The notes under the pieces were generated by a model. The model saw only the letters and a list, made by a program, of their open reading frames with translations. It made no database searches and was not told where the DNA came from. A program made the position numbers and the translations under genes. DNA of 64,000 bases from Eledone cirrhosa. Lineage: Eukaryota. The stretch is taken from the NCBI GenBank assembly GCA_964016885.1, contig OZ024743.1, positions 320,230,001-320,294,000 on the forward strand. Direction: 5' to 3'. Below are positions 56,160 through 64,000 of the stretch, piece after piece. Within the stretch, counting starts at the first letter, position 1. The number at the start of each line of letters is the position of its first letter.

Positions 56160-56815
56160 CACACTAACGAAACATCGTCATGTATCTCGTGTCTAATCTT
56201 AATAGAAGACTTTATTGTATCGATGAGATTTACCATTTTGATTCGTATGTTTTGTTCGGTGGCTTCGATTGTGAATTGATATTTTGGGTATGCCACTAAT
56301 AATGGTACTTTTAAAAGAGGAAACACTTGTGTATATCTGTACATTAATCCCGGTGAATAATGTTTGGAAAATGCTTTCAATGTTTGAGCCAGAACATTGT
56401 TTCATTTTACATTGGACACGGCGTAAAACTTTAACCAAATAGCCACGCTTCCAATTAGACGGTTAACTATTGTGCATACATTATTTTTTTTTTTTTCAAA
56501 AATATTTCCTAACCGATAGCCTAGATTTCTCTAATTGCACTTTCATTGGACCTCGAGATAAATTGTAACTGTGATCCTCTCATTAACGTTCTATAGTTAT
56601 AAGTAACATATGCTAATCCTTTGGATTAGCGCCCTCCTTGGGGATGTACTTTAGCAATAAGTTAAACATGCTGGTTAGCTGCGTTCTACCAGAAAACTTT
56701 GGCTGTATTTTGTATTACTTTAAACAAAGCTTTGTTCCATAACCTGCATATTCGAGAGAGTAGTCACCATCCATCCGACACCTGTATTTGGACACAATAT
56801 ATTTTGTAATTGAAC
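56160..56815 (-). pseudogene. Possible highly decayed TATA-binding-protein-like sequence
   Basis: Ordered motifs QLQN/IVS, EKSRLSVRKY, N.LIGS, PGLMYR, KV.LL echo the TBP core; several stops, imperfect spacing. Confidence 0.35.
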
Positions 56816-57027
56816 CCATAACCATAGGATACAAACACTATTATAACCACACAAACACATTTACAGTTACGCGTGGTAAGATATAAAGATAGTAAAAGAG
56901 AGAAAGAGGATAGGGCTTATAAACGGGGATAGGTAGCAATTGTCATTTCTTATGCACCCATCTAATCGACAGAAGAGTTTGATGTCAACTAATGAAATTC
57001 ATGTTTTTTTTCCATCATATTTTCCAG

Positions 57028-57243
57028 AAAGCAAAAATGTTGTAATCAACGGAGCAAGTATAATAACTTGTGTTCATCTTGCTGAGTTCGGTAATATTAA
57101 TACAGAAAAAGAATGTAAAGCGAAATGCCTGGTTAATAAATGCAAAGCAATGGAATTCTCTCAATTTAACTCCGAATGTAGTGTCACACACAATGATCCA
57201 AAGACATACGGCCTTGTTGGTGATGATTTCTGGACATTTTCTG
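57028..57243 (+). CDS. PAN/Apple domain exon 2
   Basis: ttccag|AAAGC...TTTTCTG|gtagat; ECKAKCLVNKCKAMEF....ECSV; phase 1-1. Confidence 0.82.
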
Positions 57244-57275
57244 GTAGATATTTCATATTATCAATAAAGAAATTA

Positions 57276-57313
<38 letters not shown>

Positions 57314-57324
57314 GTTATTGTTAT

Positions 57325-59855
57325 TCCTTGAATCTCAGTCATTGATGTTGGTTAACTGGAAAGTCCGTTGGATTGAATATCAAGCCACTACCTGCAGCCT
57401 CAGCGTTCCAAAAAGCGTGAAGGGGCCGATTTTCTTTAACCATCCCTGGAAACCTTTGGAGATAGTCCCCAGTGCGCCTATGACAATCGGGATCACTTTG
57501 ACTTCATGGCAGTTCCAAATCCTTTTCACCTCCCACTTTAGGTCCTGGTATCGGTTAATTTTCTCCCTCTCCTTCTCTTGCACTCTCGTGTCGAACGGGC
57601 AGGCCACATCCACAATCAGGCACGATCTTTTTTCTTTGTCCACAACCACCAGGTCAGGTCTATTGTGTTCCAGTTTTTTGTCCGTCTGTATCCTAAAATC
57701 CCACAGCACCTTCACCTGACTGTTCTCCATCACCGCCTCTGGCCTATGCTCATACCATTTCTCAGAATGTGGTAGATTGTTTACTTTGCACAGGTGCCAG
57801 TGGATCACCCTGCCCATCACATCGTGTCTCCAGCCCTTATAGTGGGTCTGGGCTAGGTGTTTACACTCGGACACAATGTGAGCCACAGTCTCCTCTCTCT
57901 CTCCACAGATCCTGCACAGTGGGCTAGCCTCCTCCTTGTAGATATGGTGCTTCAACCACTTCGTTTTGAGGGCCTGCTCCTGCGCAGCCATTAGTATTCC
58001 TTCTGTAGCCTTTTTGAGGTCTCCTCTTCTCAACCAGTTCCATGTCTGTGGATCTCTAAATTCAGTTTTCTCAAAGAAGGTACTATGAAGGGATTTTCCC
58101 TTAAGGCTGCTCTTCCTCCTTGATGTTATTTCCTCCTTGGATATCCCCTGGCCTACTGTCCCCTCCTTCAGTACAGCTCTGAGCATTGGCTCCTTACTAT
58201 AGGTCATGTATTTGTATAGGTTGTTTTTCTCCATCTGAACACAGTCCTCTATGCTGATAAGACCTCTTCCACCCTCAGATCTCCTTAGGTAGAGTCTATC
58301 GACATCACTCCTCTTGTGGAACATGTTGTAGATAGTCAATAGCTTCCTAGTCTTCCTATCCATTTCTTTTTGTTCCATCTCAGAATTCCCGCACTGTACC
58401 TAATAATAGACACAGCTCGGGAATTTACTGCGCTTATGGCATTTCTGCTGTTCAGATGTGACTTCAATACGCTCCTTACTCTCCGAATGTATTCAGTTCT
58501 TAACAATTCCTTCATTTTTTTGTTCTTTATGCCATCAGCCTCCAGAACACCCAAATACTTGTATCCTTCCTCAGAGTCAATTTCCTTTATCATCTCACCT
58601 GTTGGTATCTGGATCCCGTTACTTCTGCTCAACCTACCCCTCCTCATCACAATGACTCCACATTTACCAATACCAAACTGCATACATATATCACTGCTGA
58701 AAATACGGACAGTGTCAACAAGCACATCCAACTCCTTCTCACTTTTCCCGAAGAGCTTAAGATCGTCCATGAAGAGGAGGTGATTGATGGTAAGCTCTCC
58801 CCTTCCCAACTTGTATCCTGCTCTCACTTTTCGCAGCATAATGGTCAAGGGCATCAGGGCAAGGACAAACAACAGAGGGGACAGGCTATCTCCCTGGAAG
58901 ATACCTCTCTTGATCTTCACGCTTCCCAAGGATACTCCAGTTGATGTCAACTCTGTCTCCCAGGACCCCATACTCCTGCCCAGCAACTGTCTGATGTTAT
59001 CTGCCACCCTGAAGATCTCCAGGCTTTTGGTGATCCAGGAATGAGGCACCATGTCAAATGCCTTTCTGTAGTCTATCCATCCCATGGCAAGATCAGTGTG
59101 TCTCCTCCTGCAATTCCCCATTACCATCTTATCAATAAGCAACTGGTCCTTTGTACCACGTGACTTCTTTCGGCATCCTTTCTGTTCGTCCGGCAACAAG
59201 TTGTTTGTGTGGAGGTGATGGTAGATTTCCTCAGACACAATGCTCGTCAACAGTTTCCACATTACGGGCAGACATGTGATAGGTCTATAGTTGGTAACAT
59301 CATTACCCTTGATTCGGTCTTTCATTATCAGAACTGTGGTACCTTTTGTCAACCACTCTGGCACCTCACCCGACACCAAGCAGTCATTGAACATGGCCGT
59401 CAGCTTCGGGTGGAGGGATGTTAAATGTTTAATCCAATACCCCTGCACACCATCTGGGCCTGGTGATTTCCAGTTGGTTAGTTTTTTGGCTTGCCCCTTA
59501 AGAGTTTCAACTGTGATACTCAAATCAGTCTGTTGCTGTGCCTGCTCACCGATCTCCCTCTGTACTGTCTCAATCCACCCTGCCTGGGCATTGTGTCTAA
59601 CATCCTGCTCCCATATTCCTCTCCAGAATGTTTTAGCTTGTTCCGCCCCAGGGATCAAGTCGTTGCCTCTTTCTTTCCCCTCAAGCTGTCCAAACAGCAT
59701 CTTCTGGTTGTTGTCGAACATGCGGTTCTGTTTATACTGACTGACTCTGTTCTCGTATCGCCTGATTTTGGTACTCTTTGCTACAATGCGTTGCTTCAAT
59801 TCCTCTATGATAATATTTAGCTTTTTACTCCTAGTTTTGTATTTTATTTCCAGTC
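57325..59855 (-). mobile_element. R4/Dong-type non-LTR retrotransposon (RT + CCHC + REL endonuclease), 5'-truncated, frameshifted
   Basis: WKSPGPDG, NYRPITCL, GIFQGDSLSPLLF, HLLFMDD, CRIC..H..C, RHD, NRPD..D; (TAA)n on both sides. Confidence 0.92.
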
Positions 59856-59922
<67 letters not shown>

Positions 59923-59923
<1 letters not shown>

Positions 59924-60342
59924 CTTGAATCTCAGTCATTGATGTTAGTTAACTGGAAAGTCCGTTGAAATGAATATCAAGCCACTACCTGCAGCCTCAG
60001 ATATTCAGGACGTATCGGAGGGTTCTTGCTGTTCCCAGCAAGCATGCCTTTTGAAGCGTTCCAAAAAGCGTGAAGGGGCCGATTTTCTTTAACCATCCCT
60101 GGAAACTTTTGGAGATAGTCCCCAGTGCGCCTATGACAATCGGGATCACTTTGACTTCATGGCAGTTCCAAATCCTTTTTACCTCCCACTTCAAGTCCTG
60201 GTATCGGTTAATTTTCTCCCTCTCCTTCTCTTGCACTCTCGTGTCGAATGGACAGGCCACATCCACAATCAGACACGATATTTTTTCTTTGTCCACAACC
60301 ACCAGGTCAGGTCTATTGTGTTCCAGTTTCTTGTCCGTCTGT
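59923..60342 (-). mobile_element. R4/Dong-type element, short 3' fragment of the same family
   Basis: REL C-terminus and 3' UTR near-identical to the 57325 copy; (TAA)n flanks. Confidence 0.9.
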
Positions 60343-60343
60343 A

Positions 60344-60391
<48 letters not shown>

Positions 60392-62315
60392 GGAGTGTCA
60401 GTCGTTGATGTTATTTAACTGAAAAGTTTGTTCAAATGAATATCACGCCGCTACCTGCAGCCTCATATATTCAGGACGTACCGGAGGGTTCTTGCTGTTC
60501 CCAGCAAGCATGCCTTTTGAAGTGTTCCAAAAAAGTGGGCTGGACTAATGTCCCTTAACCATCCTTGGAAACTCCTTGAGATAATACCTAGTGCTCCTAT
60601 GACAATTGGACGAGCTTGGTCTCACGACAGTCCCAAAACCTTTTAAACCCCCACTTTAAATGGTGTCGGTTAATTTTCTCCTTCTCCTTTTCTTGCACTC
60701 TTTTGTGAAAGGGGCAGGCTACATCTACAATTAGATACGATCTTTTGTCCTTGTCAAAAACCACCATGTCAGGCTTATTGTGTTCTAATTTCTTGTCTGT
60801 CTGTAACCTGAAATCCCATGGGCACCTTCACCTGATCGTTTTCTATGAAAGACCCTGGCTTATGCTCACACCACTTCTCAGAATGTGGTAAATTATTTAG
60901 TTGGCATAGATGCCAGTGAATCACCTTTCCTATTATATCATGCCTCTAGCCTTTATAGTGAGTCTGGGCTAGGTGTTTACACTCGGATACGATGTGAGCC
61001 ACAGTCTCCCCCCTCTCTCTCTCCACAGATCCTACACAGTGAACTAGCCTCCTCCTTGTCAATATGGTGTTTCACCAACTTCGTTGAGGGTTGCTCATAT
61101 GCAGCCATTAGTATTCTTTCTGGAGCTTTTTTAAGGTCTCCTCTTTTTAGCCAGCTCCATGTCTGTGGATCTCTGAATTCCGTTTTCTTAAAGAAGGTGC
61201 TATGAAGGCATTTTTCATGAAGGCTACTTTTCCTTTTTGTTATCTGCTCCTTCAACACCCCCTGGTCTATTGTCTTCTTCAGTACAACTTTGAGCATTGA
61301 CTCCCTATTCTCAGACACATATTTGTGCAGACTGTTTTTCTCCATCTGAACACAGTCCTCTATGCTGATAAGACCTCTTCCATCAAATCTCTTTAAGTAG
61401 AGTCTATCAACATCACTCCTCTTTTAGAATATGCTGTAGGTGGTCATTAGTTTCCTAGTCTTTCTATCCATTTCGTTTTGTTCAGTAACATTCCATTTCA
61501 GAATTCCCGCACTGTACCTAATAATTGTTTCTACTTTTGGCACAGGGCCAGCAATTATTCCAGTGCATTACTGGTACTTTATTCTATCGACCCCGTAAGG
61601 ATGAAAGGCAAAGTCAACCTCGGCGGGATTTGAACTCAGATCATAAAGGGACATAACTATGCTAGAAAGCATGGCGTCCGACCCTCTACCGTTACTGCCA
61701 ATCTACCGCCCTATACCTAATAATAGACACAGCTCGGGAATGTACTGCACTTATGACATTCCTACTATTTAGATGTGATTTTAGTATGTTCCTTACTCTC
61801 CTTATGTATTCAGATCTTACCAAATCCTTCATTTTATTGTATTTGATGTCATCTGTCTCCAGAACACCCGAATATTTGTATCTCTCTTCAGTGTCGATTT
61901 CCTTTACTATATCACCTGTTGGCACCTGAATTCCGTTGATTCTGTTCAATGTACCCCTCTTCATCACTAGGACTCCACACTTATTAATACTAAATTCCAT
62001 ACATATGTCATTGCTGAAAATATGGACAGTGTTAACAAGTACATCCAACTCCTTCTCGCTTTTCCCAAAGAGTTTTAGATCGTCCATGAAGAGGAGGGTG
62101 TTGATTGTAAGCTCTCATCTTCCCAGCTTGTATCCTGCTTTCACTTTTCTCAATATGAGGGACAAGGGTATGAGGGTAAGGACAAACAACAAAGGGGACA
62201 AACTATCTCCTTGTAAGATACCTATCTTGATCTTCACGCCTCCCAAGGATTCTCGACCTGATGTTAGCTCGGTTTCCCAGGATTTAATACTTTTACTTAA
62301 TAGCTGTCTGATGTC
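60392..62315 (-). mobile_element. R4/Dong-type element, older subfamily, decayed and SINE-interrupted
   Basis: LFMDDLKLFGKSEKELD, WLKRGDLKK; frameshifts; (TAA)n flanks. Confidence 0.88.
61526..61713 (-). mobile_element. Full tRNA-derived SINE with 11-bp TSD
   Basis: TSD tacctaataat at 61515-61525 and 61714-61724; A and B boxes on the minus strand. Confidence 0.88.
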
Positions 62316-62679
62316 TTATTATTATTATTATTATTGGTCTGAGTTCAAATCCCGCCGAGGTTCACTTTGCCTTTCTTCCTTACGGGGTCGATAAAATAAA
62401 GTACCAGTAATGTACTGGGTAATTGCTGGCCTTGTGCCAAAAGTAGAAACAATTATTATTATTATTATTTTACCAATAGAGAGAGTCGGTTTCTAACATA
62501 GACACAAGACTCTCTCATTGGAATTTACACAACATCAACTAGGTAGATTATGTATGCATGCCTGCATGCATGTGTAGATATGGATGTTATTGTATGTGTG
62601 TATGTGTATGTTTTGAGTTGTATGTGTGCATGTGTATATGCTTTGTATCTGTACATGTGTATATGCAGTTATTAGATGC

Positions 62680-63645
62680 AAAGTTTTTGGTATGTTTTAC
62701 ATATTTTTTACTGTTCCATTAATGGATTGTACTTGTAACTTCTTAACTAGTTGTGTTCTTTCTGTTCCTGTGAAGCCTAGCTTCTCAAGATTGGTATTGA
62801 GTCATACATCTGAAGGTGTAATCAGGGTGGAGTATCTGCAGATTTCTCATCAGTTCTGCATAAATATTCTCCTTTTCGCTAATCTTTGATATTATATTGG
62901 CATTTGCTGGGCAGCTAATTTCCACTACTGTGCTTGCTTTCTTTTCTCTGTCCCATATCATAATATCTGGTCTGTTATGTCTGCATTTTATTGGGGTTTT
63001 TACTGGAACATTCCACCAGTACTCTTTCATATTATGTATATGGATGTCTTCCACATTGCTGTAGCTTTTACTGTGTTTATTATCGGGGCTATCTTTTCTA
63101 TGGATTGTATTGTACAGTCTTTTGTCCACTACATCATGCCTCATAGGTAGATAGTACCACTATGGCATCTTTGGACAGCTGTTGATGACATGGGTGACAT
63201 CTTCGTTGTTAATTCTAGGTGTTTTGCCTGCATCCCTATCACTTTTGTGAATCAGGTATTTTTGTCTTAATTTCCTGTTCTTGGATTGCAAAAGCGTATC
63301 CTTCAAAGTGGGAGCTAATATAGCGATTGTTCGTCCAAGATAGACTACTTTCTTTATCTATATTACTCTCACTCTGGAGCTTCCTGGTAACATATCCATG
63401 CATGAGTTTTTGCTGATAAGCATGCAGTTTTTCATCCCTGGATTCACTGCGATACTGCTGAGCGACTTCCCTGGGTGTGAGTTTTTGATTATCACACAGG
63501 GAATATCTCTCGAGGAGTTCCTTCCCAACTCTCATGATATTATCTGTTTCATGCAGATTGACTTGCTCGAGAGACGTGAAGGTGTGTGGCTTAGTGGATA
63601 GAGTGTTGCATTCGTGAGGTTGCGCAAGATATTCTGTTACCAATA
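62680..63645 (-). mobile_element. 3' fragment of a different REL-type (R4-like) non-LTR family
   Basis: EGYAFAIQEQEI, MRHDVV, HNRPDIMIWD, VEISCP, EKENIY. Confidence 0.8.
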
Positions 63646-63819
63646 GATAACTAAACTAATTTTAAATGTTACTCAATGACTCATTTTACAAAATTTAGTA
63701 AATCAATTATACAGTCATATATATATATCTACTGTTTCCCTTTATATACCTCTAATACCCTAAGTATTGAGTACTTTGGTGCGTTATGGTTCACCTGGTT
63801 CCTTACCACATTTCTTCCG

Positions 63820-63872
<53 letters not shown>

Positions 63873-64000
63873 TATATATGTGTGTGTGCGTGTATATGTG
63901 TTTGGGTGTATGTATATATGTATGTAAATATTTATATGCATATATACATGTATGTATATGTAGATGCATTTGTAATTTATATATAAATATATATGCTTGT

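Noticed and set aside
56940-57719. 259-aa ORF as a PAN plus transmembrane protein
   Set aside because: The poly-Leu stretch is the (TTA)n tract and the rest is antisense Dong sequence beyond the donor at 57243; intron retention cannot be excluded without RNA data

Overview
Eukaryotic, AT- and microsatellite-rich animal DNA; the SINE cores and repeat make-up suggest an octopus or other cephalopod (inference, not verified). The window lies inside one large + strand gene, open at both ends. I reconstructed 16 phase-compatible GT-AG exons (3120 nt, about 1040 codons): [Pro-rich 18-nt microexon - vWA - EGF] x2 - microexon - vWD (GDPH) - C8 - TIL - TILa/EGF-like - two Pro-rich microexons - PAN - PAN. 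This is a zonadhesin/FCGBP/mucin-like extracellular protein. Its vWA-EGF module is being amplified by a near-identical ~14-kb tandem duplication (periods 14,064 and 13,398 bp) that also carries dead vWA and EGF exons from older duplications. The introns hold many mobile elements, several associated with specific microsatellites: a near full-length Penelope-like element (RT + GIY-YIG, ~733-bp pseudo-LTRs, putative 60-nt retained intron), further PLE remnants, several minimal hammerhead ribozymes (four loci with the compensatory U3-A8 core), an array of R4/Dong-type elements in (TAA)n, 5'-inverted RTE relics, a non-autonomous Helitron, tRNA-SINEs, MITE/foldback elements and a possible decayed TBP-like sequence. 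All calls are by eye; no database searches were run.
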